From an uncultured delta proteobacterium (lineage in GTDB: Bacteria > Desulfobacterota > Binatia > DP-6), in NCBI GenBank assembly GCA_963815115.1, contig CAWFFN010000005.1:1024001-1088000 (forward strand): a stretch of 64,000 nucleotides of DNA. The letters are read 5' to 3'. Shown here piece after piece: positions 45,714 to 55,528 of this stretch. The notes below the pieces were generated by a model. That model ran no database searches and had not been told where the DNA came from. It worked only from the letters and a program-made list of their open reading frames with translations. The position numbers and the translations under genes are program-made. How positions within the stretch are numbered: the first letter of the stretch is position 1; every line of letters starts with the position of its first letter.

Positions 45714-46499
45714 TTACTGCAGGTGCTGGTTGATCCAGGGGAGGAACGGCACGACGTCGGTGTCCCAGCTGAGGATGCCCGGACAGTCCGGGTAGCCTCC
45801 GGACGTGACCCCGGCCAGGGTGGACTTCACGAGGAGGGGACCACCCGAATCACCGCGGCAGGTATCCTGGTGGTGTTTCTTCGGACGCCAGCACAGGGAA
45901 CGCGAGAGCTGTCCGCGGAAGAGCCGGGCGGGACCAAACGTTCGTGGGCACTTCTTCAGCCTCACCGTGCCGAACTCCTTCAGCCCGAAGCTACCGGTCT
46001 CGTCCTGGCCGTAACCGACGATGATGCTCTTGGTCCCGGGGCGCGGGCTGCGCGTCGCCAGCGGAACCGGCGCAACGTCTGCCACCGGACTCTCGAGCAG
46101 CAGCAGCGCGATGTCCGCGATCGCGAGGACGTCGGACGAGTACTCCGGCTCGATGTCGTAGGCCACGACATTGTACTGCACGCCGACACTGCCGCCCGGA
46201 AAGAACACGGTGAGAATCGCCAGCGGCCCGCTGGCGACACAGTGCGCGGCCGTGAGCACGACCGAGGGACTGACGAGCGTGCCGGTACAGGACGCCACCG
46301 TGCCGCCGGCGAGCAGGACGGCAACCCCGGCGACCGCCGGGTAGTCGCTGGTGGGCACCCCGTCGAAGATCCGGGTGATCCCCCCGAGGTCTTCACTCGG
46401 GTTGCGGGCCGGCTCGCCCGCGAGGAGCTGCCAGCCGCCGGAGCCGCCGGCGAAGGAGGTCGTCGAGATCATCAGGACGAGGGGCAGGACCTTCAACAT
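45714..46499 (-). CDS. Secreted trypsin-like (S1) serine protease
   Basis: Catalytic triad motifs LTAAHC, DIALL, GDSGGP; activation-site-like RIFDG. Confidence 0.92.
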   Translation of the reverse strand: MLKVLPLVLMISTTSFAGGSGGWQLLAGEPARNPSEDLGGITRIFDGVPTSDYPAVAGVAVLLAGGTVASCTGTLVSPSVVLTAAHCVASGPLAILTVFFPGGSVGVQYNVVAYDIEPEYSSDVLAIADIALLLLESPVADVAPVPLATRSPRPGTKSIIVGYGQDETGSFGLKEFGTVRLKKCPRTFGPARLFRGQLSRSLCWRPKKHHQDTCRGDSGGPLLVKSTLAGVTSGGYPDCPGILSWDTDVVPFLPWINQHLQ

Positions 46500-46627
46500 G
46501 AGGCCCCGTCCGTACCACAGGTGGCTCGTCGCTCGCGATGATCGGCCGAGCTTGCGGAATGCGGTATCGGGCTCCGTCGGCACATGCGCGGTGCGGGTAG
46601 CGCACGAGCTCGATCGGTGACGTCGCG

Positions 46628-47080
46628 TCAGGGCGTGAGGTCGAGCAGCGCCCGCCCGCTCCCGTCCATCGCGAACGGGACCGAGTTGTGCACGTGGGCG
46701 ATCTTCCACGCGCCGTCCTCGCGCCGGAAGCAAGCGGTGGCGCGGAACCAGAGGTCGATCCGCTCGCCGTCGCTCTTGGTCCCGGTCATGTGGCGGAGCG
46801 CGAACGCGTACGCGACGTCGCCACCGACGACGACTTCCGGGTCATGGGCCTCGGATACGATGGGCCCCTTCCAGGTATCGAACCACTGCTGGATGTATCT
46901 CGGATCACGCACGGCGGCGGACGGGATGAGGAGAGGTGGCGCGAGGTCGTAGGCGACGACGTCGCGGGTGTAGAACTCGACGACGGCCCGGGCGTCTTTG
47001 ACCTGGAGTGCGGCAGCATAGGCGTCGAGCAGGGCGGTGATCTGCGCCTCGTCGGAAACACGTGTCGCGGGGTTCGGCAT
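46628..47080 (-). CDS. SnoaL/NTF2-like (YybH-type) protein
   Basis: DVVAYDLAPPL, GDVAYA, LWFRATACFRREDGAWKIAHVHNSVPF. Confidence 0.88.
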   Translation of the reverse strand: MPNPATRVSDEAQITALLDAYAAALQVKDARAVVEFYTRDVVAYDLAPPLLIPSAAVRDPRYIQQWFDTWKGPIVSEAHDPEVVVGGDVAYAFALRHMTGTKSDGERIDLWFRATACFRREDGAWKIAHVHNSVPFAMDGSGRALLDLTP

Positions 47081-47083
47081 GGC

Positions 47084-47500
47084 TCAGCCCTCCTTCGGGT
47101 CCGCCTCGGACTCCAGGCCGTAGAACGCCGACTGATCGGTGAGAATCAGGTGAGCGCCGCTGCCCTCTGGATGGATCTCGACCGTGCACAGCGTGGCGGT
47201 GGCGCGCGCGTCGCGGTCGTGCATGGTGCCGGCCGTGATGATGCGCTCATCGGGAACGATGTCGAGATAGGTTCCATCGCTCGTGTAGGCCGGGTCACCG
47301 GGCGGGCCGAAACGGCTTCTCTCCCGGCCGCCCACCCGGAAATCCTGCTCGTGCTCGGCAACCATCCAGTTGCCGCAGCCCGGTACGTCCCAGCGGCGGC
47401 GCTCGTCCGGGTTCGCCCACGCCGCGAAGACGCGGGCGGGGGTCGCGCGAAAGCTTCGCTCGACGATGACGGTGGCATGCTGCACGGTGCGTTTGGTCAT
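47084..47500 (-). CDS. SRPBCC/AHSA1 family protein, apparently C-terminally truncated
   Basis: HATVIVERSF.ATPARVFAAW, DFRVGGRE, DIVPDERII; ends at KEG* without the terminal helix. Confidence 0.8.
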   Translation of the reverse strand: MTKRTVQHATVIVERSFRATPARVFAAWANPDERRRWDVPGCGNWMVAEHEQDFRVGGRERSRFGPPGDPAYTSDGTYLDIVPDERIITAGTMHDRDARATATLCTVEIHPEGSGAHLILTDQSAFYGLESEADPKEG

Positions 47501-47726
47501 GGTCGCCTCGATTAGTCCGCCCGGCGACATTGGTCAAGTAGTTCCTTAAGTATTTGGCCTTCGCCCCACACGACCCGTGGGAACGCCAGAAGCCGGGAGA
47601 GACGCATTGCCTTGTGAAGCGACGCGTGCCCGTTCTTACACGCGCCGAAGCGTTGCCCATCCGACCTACGCGCCGTGGTGCCGTTGTCCGCTGGCATGGG
47701 CCGTGCATCCACCGTACACGCCGCCC

Positions 47727-48584
47727 ATGCCGATCGTCACCATTCGCCACACGACCACGTACCGGTACGCCAGGCCCGTCGCATTCGGCGACCACCGTCT
47801 CATGTTCCGGCCGCGCGACAGCCACGACCTCCGGCTGCTGCAGACCGGCCTGGAGATCAGCCCCGGCGCGCGTGTGCGCTGGCTGCACGACGTCTTCGGC
47901 AACTCGATCGCGGTCGCGAGCTTCACCGAGCCCGCGACCGACCTGCGCCTCGTCAGCACGATCCGGCTCGAGCACTTTCCCGCCCTCGCGCTCGAGTTCG
48001 CCATCGAGGCGTACGCCCGCCACCACCCGTTCAGCTACTCGGCGGAAGAGGTGCCCGACCTCGGGCGCACCATCGAGCGCCACTACCCGGATCCCGAGCA
48101 CAGGGTCGACGGGTGGGCGCGGCGGTTCGTCACGTCACCCGGCGAGACCGACACGCAGGCGCTCCTGGTCGACATGACGGCCGCCATTCGCCGGGAGCTC
48201 CGCTACGAGGCGCGCGAGGCCGAGGGGACGCAGACGCCCGTGGAGACGCTGGCGCGCGGCTCCGGCACCTGTCGCGATTTCGCGCTGCTCATGATGGAGG
48301 CGGCGCGCAGCCTCGGCTTCGCCGCCCGCTTCGTGTCCGGTTACCTGTACGACGATCAGGCGGTCGGCGGCGGTGCGACGCATGCCTGGGTGCAGATCTA
48401 CCTGCCCGGCGGCGGCTGGGTGGAGTTCGATCCCACGAACGCCCTCGTCGGCGGCCACAAGCTCGTCCGCGTGGCCGTGACGCGGGATCCGACGCAGGCC
48501 ATTCCCGTCGCGGGCACGTGGACCGGTGCACCCGCCGACTTCCTCGGCATGACGGTCGACGTCGAAGCGATTCCGGAGCGATGA
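47727..48584 (+). CDS. Bacterial transglutaminase-like protein
   Basis: IRHTTTYRY N-domain, GTCRDFA, ARFVSGY, THAWVQIYLPG.GWVEFDPTN. Confidence 0.93.
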   Translation: MPIVTIRHTTTYRYARPVAFGDHRLMFRPRDSHDLRLLQTGLEISPGARVRWLHDVFGNSIAVASFTEPATDLRLVSTIRLEHFPALALEFAIEAYARHHPFSYSAEEVPDLGRTIERHYPDPEHRVDGWARRFVTSPGETDTQALLVDMTAAIRRELRYEAREAEGTQTPVETLARGSGTCRDFALLMMEAARSLGFAARFVSGYLYDDQAVGGGATHAWVQIYLPGGGWVEFDPTNALVGGHKLVRVAVTRDPTQAIPVAGTWTGAPADFLGMTVDVEAIPER

Positions 48585-48594
48585 CGCAACCGCG

Positions 48595-49404
48595 ATGGAC
48601 TACCAGATCTATCGCCGACCGCGCGACTACGACCTCGAGCACGAGGACGACGACGAGGACGTCGCCTTCTACCTCGAGCTGACGAGACGGCTCCGTCCGC
48701 GCCGCGTGCTCGAGCTGGGCGCAGGCAGTGGACGAGTGACGGTGCCGCTCGCGGAGCTCGCCGCGCACGCGGACTTTGCGATCACCGCGCTCGACGCCTC
48801 GCCCGACATGCTCGAGGCGGCGGAGCGCAAGCTGGCCGATGCGGATGCGCGCGTACGGGAGCGTGTCGAGCTGGTGACCGGCGACATGCGCACGTGGGAG
48901 GCGCCCGAGCCGTTCGACCTCGTGCTGGTGCCGTGCGCGTCGGTGAGCCACCTGCTCACCCTCCAGGATCAGCTCGCGGTCTGGAGCCAGGCCCACGCCA
49001 ACCTGGTGGCAGGAGGGCGCTTCGTCGTGGACGTCGCCATGCCGGATCTGGCGAGCTTTGCGGAGTCGCTGCGCCAGCCGCCACGCGCGCTCGTCGAGGT
49101 CGACAGCGACACGGCCGACGCGGAGGGCCGCCGCCTTCTGCGCTACAAGACGACCGTGTACGCGCCGCAGGAGCAGCGCGCCAGCATCCGATTCCTGTAC
49201 GACAAGTTCGCGCGCGACGACGATGCCGAGCGCTGGGTGAGCGACTTCGAGAGCCACGTCTACTTCCCGCGCGAGCTGGAGCTGCTCTACCTGCACACCG
49301 GCTTCGTGGTGGAGGCGACGTACGGCGACTTTCGCTTCCGGGCGCCGCGTGCCTCCACGCGCGCGCTGGCCGTGGTCGGCCGGAAGCCTCCTACGAAAGA
49401 TTGA
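48595..49404 (+). CDS. Class I SAM-dependent methyltransferase
   Basis: VLELGAGSGRV, LDASPDML, GDMR, FDLV, YGDF. Confidence 0.9.
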   Translation: MDYQIYRRPRDYDLEHEDDDEDVAFYLELTRRLRPRRVLELGAGSGRVTVPLAELAAHADFAITALDASPDMLEAAERKLADADARVRERVELVTGDMRTWEAPEPFDLVLVPCASVSHLLTLQDQLAVWSQAHANLVAGGRFVVDVAMPDLASFAESLRQPPRALVEVDSDTADAEGRRLLRYKTTVYAPQEQRASIRFLYDKFARDDDAERWVSDFESHVYFPRELELLYLHTGFVVEATYGDFRFRAPRASTRALAVVGRKPPTKD

Positions 49405-49459
49405 GCGCGTGGGCTTCGGCCCGCGCGCTCGCGCGCGTCTGGGGCCCGAGCGTTCCGTC

Positions 49460-50122
49460 TCAGCCGCCGAACCAGGACGCGTGGAAGTAGCGCACGATGC
49501 AGGCGGCGGCGACACCGACCGCCGCGGCAGGGACGAGCCCGCCGAGACCGCCCGCAACCGCGCGGCCAGTGAACGGGAAGAACGGCGTCGCCTCGTAGAA
49601 GCGCCGGAAGCGCTCGTCGCCGCCGGCGAGCTTGCGCCGGTCCTGGTGCGCCGAGCCGATGAGGGCGAACAGCACCACGCCCCCGAAGAACGCGACGTCC
49701 GTCGCGCCGCCGTTCGGCAGCAGGTGCGCGAGTCCGATGAGCGCCAGTCCCATCATGACGGGGTGGCGGGTGATCCGGTGCACCGCGCGCGGCGTCGCGT
49801 CGCCGGGAATCACGGAGGCGGGGCTGGGTTGCATGAGGCCAGCGGCGATCAGCACGAAGGCGCACGCCATGACGACGTACACCGTCGCGATCAGCACCGG
49901 CCCGTGGGGAAGCATCCAGAGAACCGGGCCGGCATGCTTGTGCGTGAAATAGGTCACGACGAGCGGGATGAAGAACGCGAAGGCGACCAGCGAGTACAGG
50001 CCGCGGAACGGCTGCTCGCCCATGCGGGCGACGAGACGCCGCCGGACAGGCACGCTGGAGAGCAGGAGATGCGATCCTGCGAAACCGAGCCAGAGAAGAA
50101 CGATCGTGCTGAGCGGCGACAT
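49460..50122 (-). CDS. NnrU family membrane protein
   Basis: FRGLYSLVA, RITRHP, AHLLPNG, HQDRRK, TPFFPF. Confidence 0.88.
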   Translation of the reverse strand: MSPLSTIVLLWLGFAGSHLLLSSVPVRRRLVARMGEQPFRGLYSLVAFAFFIPLVVTYFTHKHAGPVLWMLPHGPVLIATVYVVMACAFVLIAAGLMQPSPASVIPGDATPRAVHRITRHPVMMGLALIGLAHLLPNGGATDVAFFGGVVLFALIGSAHQDRRKLAGGDERFRRFYEATPFFPFTGRAVAGGLGGLVPAAAVGVAAACIVRYFHASWFGG

Positions 50123-50147
50123 CGTACGCTCCTTTCCCGGGTTCGAT

Positions 50148-50191
50148 GATGACGGTGTCAACATCTAGCGCGCGAAGTTGACTCTGTCAAC
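50148..50191. promoter_or_regulatory. Two tandem palindromic operator-like sites between divergent nnrU-like and TetR genes
   Basis: GATGAC-ggt-GTCAAC (50148-50162) and perfect GTTGAC-tct-GTCAAC (50177-50191). Confidence 0.7.
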
Positions 50192-50214
50192 ATTCTCTGC
50201 CAGACACGCCGGGC

Positions 50215-50865
50215 ATGCGGAGAGCGGCCGCCTCGCGGCCGGGCGTCGTACGCCCGCGGACCACGTATCACCACGGCAACCTCCGTTCGGCCCTGATCGA
50301 CGGCGCCAGCGCTCTCCTCGAGCGCGACGGCCCGCTCGGGGTGACGCTGCGCGGAGCCGCCCGCCAGGCCGGCGTCTCCCAGGCCGCGCCCTATCGGCAT
50401 TTCCCGAGCAAGAGCGCGCTCCTCGCCGCGGTCGCGGAGGCGGGATTCGAGAGCCTGGTGCGAACCATGCGCGGCGCCGCCCGCCGCCATCGTGGCTCGC
50501 CCGCCGGCGCGCTCGAGGCCATGGCGCAGGCGATCGTGCGCTTCGCGGCCGAGCACCCGTCACGCTACCGCCTCATGTGCGGGCCGGCCGTGCGCGGCCG
50601 GGACCATCCGTCGCTGCTGCAGGCGGCGAGTGCGGCGTGGGACCTCCTGATGGCGACCATCCGGGAATGTCAGCGCGCGGGAAGGATACGTGCCGGCGAT
50701 CCGGAGCAGCAGGCGTTCGTGCTCTGGTCGATGATTCACGGCCTCGCGGTCCTCGTGGTGGACGAGCAGCTGCCGCCTCCCGTGCTGCGCGCGCACTCCA
50801 TCGAGGACCTGGCGGGCTACGCGACCGCCGTCGTGCTCGCCGGTCTCGCGCCCCAGGCGAGTTGA
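50215..50865 (+). CDS. TetR family regulator with WHG-type C-terminal domain
   Basis: YHHGNLRSALI, AGVSQAAPYRHF, WSMIHGLA. Confidence 0.92.
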   Translation: MRRAAASRPGVVRPRTTYHHGNLRSALIDGASALLERDGPLGVTLRGAARQAGVSQAAPYRHFPSKSALLAAVAEAGFESLVRTMRGAARRHRGSPAGALEAMAQAIVRFAAEHPSRYRLMCGPAVRGRDHPSLLQAASAAWDLLMATIRECQRAGRIRAGDPEQQAFVLWSMIHGLAVLVVDEQLPPPVLRAHSIEDLAGYATAVVLAGLAPQAS

Positions 50866-50928
50866 TCGCGAGCAGCCGTCGCGCCGGCGTGGTGCGTCGA
50901 TCGCGAAGCGGTGTAGCATCCAAACCCG

Positions 50929-52107
50929 ATGGCAGCCGAGCAGCGGCCACTGGCGGAGGGCGACCTCGACCAGATGTGGGAGCTCTCGCGCGAGGTCTTT
51001 CACTCCGATCCGGCACACGGCGAGCCGTGGAAGCGGTGGGAGCGTGCGATCGGACTCGAACGGTGCGAGGGGCTTTTCCTCGACGGCCGCCTGGTGGCGA
51101 TCGCGGGCGCGCTCGCGTACGCGCAGTGGTTCGGCGGACGCTCGGTGCCGATGGGCGGCGTGCGCGCGGTCATGACGAGGACGGAGCTGCGCGGCCGCGG
51201 CCACGCCACGCGCGTGCTGCGGGCATGCCTCGAAGCCATGCACCGGCGCGGCGAGGCGCTCTCGGTCCTCTACCCGGCGGTGACGCGCCCGTACCGGAAC
51301 CTCGGCTGGGAAGTGGCCGGAACCGTGATCTTTCGCCAGGTGACGCCTCGCGCGCTCGGCGCGCTTCCCGCGAGCGGCCGCGACGTTCGCCGGGCGGCGG
51401 TGGCCGACCGGCCGGCGATTCGCGCCAGCTACGACCGGGTCGCTCGCGTCACCAACGGCTGGCTCGATCGGCCGCACGGCCGGTGGGAATGGATCTTCGA
51501 TCGCTTCGCCGAGGATCATCTCTTCGTCGCGGACGGCGAGGGGTACGCGCTCTACCGCGTGGTCGACGAGCCGCCCGCGGGGCCGGAGGGATATCGCCTC
51601 CTGGTGCTCGACCTCGTCGCCACGACGGCGGACGCATGGCGTGCGCTCTGGGGGATGCTGGCCCGCGCCTCGTCGGTGGTCCCCATGGTGTTCCTGCGGA
51701 GCGGACCGATCGAACCGCTCATCCACGCCATCGACGCGCTCGACGTCGCGGTGACCCGGGAGCGTCCATGGATGCTCCGGCTGGTCGACGCGACGGCCGC
51801 GATCGCGGCGCGCGGCTACGCCCCCGACGTGCGCGTGGCGGTGCCGCTGGAGATCGCCGACGCGGCCTGCCCGTGGAACGCCGGCCGCCGCACGCTGATC
51901 GTCGAGGACGCCGCGGCGCGGCTGGAGCCGGGCGGTACGGGCGCGCTGCGCATGGGGATCGGCGCGCTCGCCGCCCTCTACAGCGGCTGGGCGACGACGG
52001 CCCAGCTCGCCCGCACCGGACTGCTCGACGGGGGAAGCCGCGCGGAGCGCGCGGCGCTCGACCGTGCGTTTGCCGGCCCGGTACCGTGGATGATGGACGA
52101 GTTCTAG
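50929..52107 (+). CDS. Eis-like GNAT acetyltransferase
   Basis: QWFGGRSVPMGGV, RGRGHA, LYP...YRNLGWE, MLRLVD...ARGY, SCP2-like tail ending MDEF. Confidence 0.88.
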   Translation: MAAEQRPLAEGDLDQMWELSREVFHSDPAHGEPWKRWERAIGLERCEGLFLDGRLVAIAGALAYAQWFGGRSVPMGGVRAVMTRTELRGRGHATRVLRACLEAMHRRGEALSVLYPAVTRPYRNLGWEVAGTVIFRQVTPRALGALPASGRDVRRAAVADRPAIRASYDRVARVTNGWLDRPHGRWEWIFDRFAEDHLFVADGEGYALYRVVDEPPAGPEGYRLLVLDLVATTADAWRALWGMLARASSVVPMVFLRSGPIEPLIHAIDALDVAVTRERPWMLRLVDATAAIAARGYAPDVRVAVPLEIADAACPWNAGRRTLIVEDAAARLEPGGTGALRMGIGALAALYSGWATTAQLARTGLLDGGSRAERAALDRAFAGPVPWMMDEF

Positions 52108-52447
52108 AAGCTCCGACTCAGCGGGCGCTCCATTCGACCCCGCCGGCAGTCGCCGCGACGGAGGTGCCCGACGCCGGCCACGCGGCGGCGTCGGGTGACC
52201 CCCTGGACGCACGCGCGGTCACGAGTCCGAGCACGCGCCGACGCTTGCGCCGGACCACCGGTCGAGTGCAGGGGGTTCGCATGCGGGGACTGCGACGCGA
52301 GCTGCGTGCCGCCGGGACGCGATCCGGCGTCCGCTCCAACCTGCTGGACGACCGAAGGGTGCCACGATCACGGGGGCTGCGATCGGGTGCCGCCGGTAGC
52401 GAGCGCCATGCCGCCGCGGCGCCTTCGCTCGCGAGACGCCGCGCCGC

Positions 52448-54064
52448 ATGAGCAGCACCACGCTCAGCCCGCTGGTACTCGGTCTCGGCCTCTTCTTCCT
52501 CGGCATCCAGCTGATCGGACAGTACCTCCGCCAGCTCTCGGGCGAGAGCTTCCGCGTCCTGGTCGGGCGCACGACCCACTCGCGGGCGCTCGCCGCCCTC
52601 GTCGGACTGCTCTTCGGGGCGCTCATGCAGAGCGCGACCGCGGTCACCTTCATCCTGGTGGGCCTGGTGAGCAGCGGCGTCATCGAGATGGCCGGGGCCA
52701 TGCCCATCATCGTGTGGTGCAACGTCGGCCTCACCGCGCTGGCCTTCATCACCACGCTGAACATCCATCCCGCCGTCGCCTACCTGGTCGGCGGGGCCGG
52801 CATCGCGTCGGGCACGCTGCGCAGGCCGCGGCAGCATGCGGTCGCGTTCGTGCTGCTCGGAACGGGGCTCATCCTCTTCGGCCTCCAGACCATGAGCGGC
52901 GCCCTGGCTCCGCTGCGCGGCGCGCCCTGGTTCGAGTCCATGCTGACGGCGGCGGCGGACCACCCGCTGCTCGCATTCGGCGCGGGTGTCCTGGCCGCCG
53001 CCCTGCTCCAGTCGAATACCGGAGCGAGCATGCTGGTCATCACGCTCGCGGGCACCGGCGCGCTCGAGCTGCACGCCGGGGCCATGCTCATCTACGGCAC
53101 CAACCTCGGCGCCATCGTGCTTCGCTCGGTGCTCGCCCTCGGCCTCCACGGTCGCTCGCTGCGCCTGGTTCGCATGGAGGACCTGTTCTGCATCGCGAGC
53201 GGGCTCCTCATGGTCGGGCTCGATCTGCTCGAGTCGTCCGGCGTGCCCCTGGTACGCGGCGGCGTCCAGGCGCTCAGCCATGACCTCCGCCTCCAGCTCG
53301 CGCTCGTCTTCCTGCTCTCGAACCTGCTGCCGGCGCTCGTCCTGACACCCGCGCTGGGCTGGTGCCGGGCCCTGCTCGAGTGGCTCATCCCGTCGGAGCC
53401 CGGCGACGTACCGGGCAAGCCGCGCTACCTGACGACCTCCGCGCTGCACGATGCCGGTACCGCCATCGTCCTCCTCGAGAAGGAGCTGGCGCGACTGATC
53501 GGCATGCTGGCGGTGGACCCGACGGCCGAGCCCGACTCGGGCGACGGCGAGCATCAGCCGTCGCCCGCGTTCGTTGCGGTGGCGCAGGCCATCGAGCAGT
53601 TCGCAGCCCGGCTCGCGACCAGGGGGGAGCTCTCCGAGGCCCAGGCGATACGGCTGCAATTGCTCCGCGGCACCCTCTCCACCGTGCGCCATCTCGAGGA
53701 CGCCATCGCCGACGTGTGCAATGCGCTCCGGCGGCTCGGTGCCGACCCGGACGACGCCGCGGTCGCAAGCGGGGTGACGGACACGCTCGCGGCGGTGGTG
53801 GCGCGTGCAGCCGCGGCGGCCGACCGGCTCGACGGCGGCCAGATCCACGCGCTCGTCGAGGACACGAAGAAACACGGCCCGCTGCTCGCCGGGCTGCGCA
53901 GCCGCTTCGACCCGAACACGATGCCGATCCCGGGGGAGGCGCGCCTGAAGGTGGTGGCACTGCTGAACGACCTCGAGGTCGCGGTGTGGATCGTGCACCG
54001 ACTCGGCAAGGCGCTCGCGCTGCTCGTCGAACCGGCGATGGCGGCACCCCGGGCGCCGGCGTAG
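52448..54064 (+). CDS. Na+/Pi cotransporter family protein
   Basis: GLGLFFLG, QSATA...NVG and second repeat QSNT...GTNLG; soluble helical C-terminus. Confidence 0.85.
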   Translation: MSSTTLSPLVLGLGLFFLGIQLIGQYLRQLSGESFRVLVGRTTHSRALAALVGLLFGALMQSATAVTFILVGLVSSGVIEMAGAMPIIVWCNVGLTALAFITTLNIHPAVAYLVGGAGIASGTLRRPRQHAVAFVLLGTGLILFGLQTMSGALAPLRGAPWFESMLTAAADHPLLAFGAGVLAAALLQSNTGASMLVITLAGTGALELHAGAMLIYGTNLGAIVLRSVLALGLHGRSLRLVRMEDLFCIASGLLMVGLDLLESSGVPLVRGGVQALSHDLRLQLALVFLLSNLLPALVLTPALGWCRALLEWLIPSEPGDVPGKPRYLTTSALHDAGTAIVLLEKELARLIGMLAVDPTAEPDSGDGEHQPSPAFVAVAQAIEQFAARLATRGELSEAQAIRLQLLRGTLSTVRHLEDAIADVCNALRRLGADPDDAAVASGVTDTLAAVVARAAAAADRLDGGQIHALVEDTKKHGPLLAGLRSRFDPNTMPIPGEARLKVVALLNDLEVAVWIVHRLGKALALLVEPAMAAPRAPA

Positions 54065-54073
54065 GACCGCGCG

Positions 54074-55033
54074 ATGGCCCGGCGGATCGTGCTCGACACC
54101 GACATCGGCACCGACGTCGACGACGCGCTCGCGCTGGCGCTCGCGCTGGCCTCGCCCGAGCTGGAGCTGGTCGCCGTCACGACGGTGAGTGGCGATACGG
54201 CCCTGCGCGCGCGCATCGCCGCTCGCCTGCTGGCGCTCGGCGGGCGTGCGGACGTGCCGGTGCACGCCGGATGTGAGACGCCGCTTGCGGCCGGGGGCGG
54301 CTTCGCCCGCTTCGGCCACGAGGGTCAGGGCATACTCGGCGACATCCTCGACGACACGCGGGACGCGATCGCCGCCGAGCCCGCGGTGGATGCGTTCCTG
54401 CGTCTCTTCCGGGCCGACGAGGAGCTCGAGCTGGTCGCCGTCGGTCCGCTCACCAACCTCGCCGTGGCGCTGGAGCGGGACCCCGGTCTGGCACGCCGCA
54501 TCACCCGCCTGACCCTCATGGGCGGCTGGATCCGGGGCGCCGCGATCGCGGGCCGGCCGCTGCTTCCCGCCGTCGACTACAACCTGTGCTCCGACCCGGT
54601 CGGCTCCCGGCGCGTCCTCTCGGCGGCCATCCCGACGCGCCTGGTTCCCGTCGACGTGACGGTCGAGGTGTGGCTGACGGCGGCCGACGTCGAGGGGCTC
54701 GAGCGCGCGGCGGCGCCGTTGCAGCGTACGCTCGCCCGCGCGGTGCGCCTCTGGGCGCCGATCCAGCGCCATCTGTTCGCCGGTCTCGGGACGCCGCTCG
54801 GGGCCGAGGTGATGGCGTTCCTGCACGACCCGCTGGCGCTCGCCTGCGCGTCCGACGAGTCCTTCTGCACCGTCGAGGAGCTGGCGATCGAGCCCGCGAC
54901 GGTCGACGGCGTCTTCCGGACGCTGGAGCGTCCGCCGCGCACGCCGGGGACGTTCGCGATGCGCTGCGCCACCGCGGTGGACGCGGCGCGCTTCACCGCT
55001 CACGTGCGCCGGCGCCTGGGACTGCCGGCGTGA
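54074..55033 (+). CDS. Nucleoside hydrolase (IU-NH family)
   Basis: LDTDIGTDVDD, VGPLTNLA, LMGG, HDPLA. Confidence 0.92.
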   Translation: MARRIVLDTDIGTDVDDALALALALASPELELVAVTTVSGDTALRARIAARLLALGGRADVPVHAGCETPLAAGGGFARFGHEGQGILGDILDDTRDAIAAEPAVDAFLRLFRADEELELVAVGPLTNLAVALERDPGLARRITRLTLMGGWIRGAAIAGRPLLPAVDYNLCSDPVGSRRVLSAAIPTRLVPVDVTVEVWLTAADVEGLERAAAPLQRTLARAVRLWAPIQRHLFAGLGTPLGAEVMAFLHDPLALACASDESFCTVEELAIEPATVDGVFRTLERPPRTPGTFAMRCATAVDAARFTAHVRRRLGLPA

Positions 55034-55469
55034 CCCCCGCGGGTGCCGGGACGAGCGCGCGGATCTCCGCCGGCAGGCGCTGCGGCTTCCCGCCGTCGTC
55101 GAGGAGCGCGTGCTCCGTCACCCCGTCGGCCACCACCTCCCCGTCGCGGACGATCTCGTAGAGGATCGTGACGCGCACGCGGCCGATGGCGGCGATCCCG
55201 GCGCGGATCTCGAGCACCTCGTCGTAGCGTGCCGGCCGGCGGTAGTGGCAGGTGGCCGACACGACGGCCAGGTAGAGCCCGCGCGCGACGTAGTCCCCGA
55301 AGCAGTGGCCCAGGTTGCGGAAGAGCTCGGCACGGCCGATCTCGAAGAGCCGGAAATGGCTCGCGTAGTACATGATGCGCATCGGATCGCAGTCGGCGAA
55401 GAGGACGCGGTACCGTGCGACCGGCGCGAGCGGCAGGAGGACGGCGTGCAACGGGGGCGGGCCTAGCAT
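54993..55469 (-). CDS. YbgC/FadM-type acyl-CoA thioesterase
   Basis: RVLFADCDPMRIMYYA...FEIGRAE, YRRPARYDE; start uncertain. Confidence 0.85.
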   Translation of the reverse strand: MLGPPPLHAVLLPLAPVARYRVLFADCDPMRIMYYASHFRLFEIGRAELFRNLGHCFGDYVARGLYLAVVSATCHYRRPARYDEVLEIRAGIAAIGRVRVTILYEIVRDGEVVADGVTEHALLDDGGKPQRLPAEIRALVPAPAGVTPAVPGAGARER

Positions 55470-55528
55470 ACCGGCGGGGCGCCGTACCACCTCGACGGAA
55501 TCCGGCGAAAGCTGCTATTGGAGCCGGC

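Noticed and set aside
52118-52283. Possible small minus-strand ORF MRTPCTRPVVRRKRRR...
   Set aside because: No RBS or motif; cannot be separated from chance in GC-rich sequence
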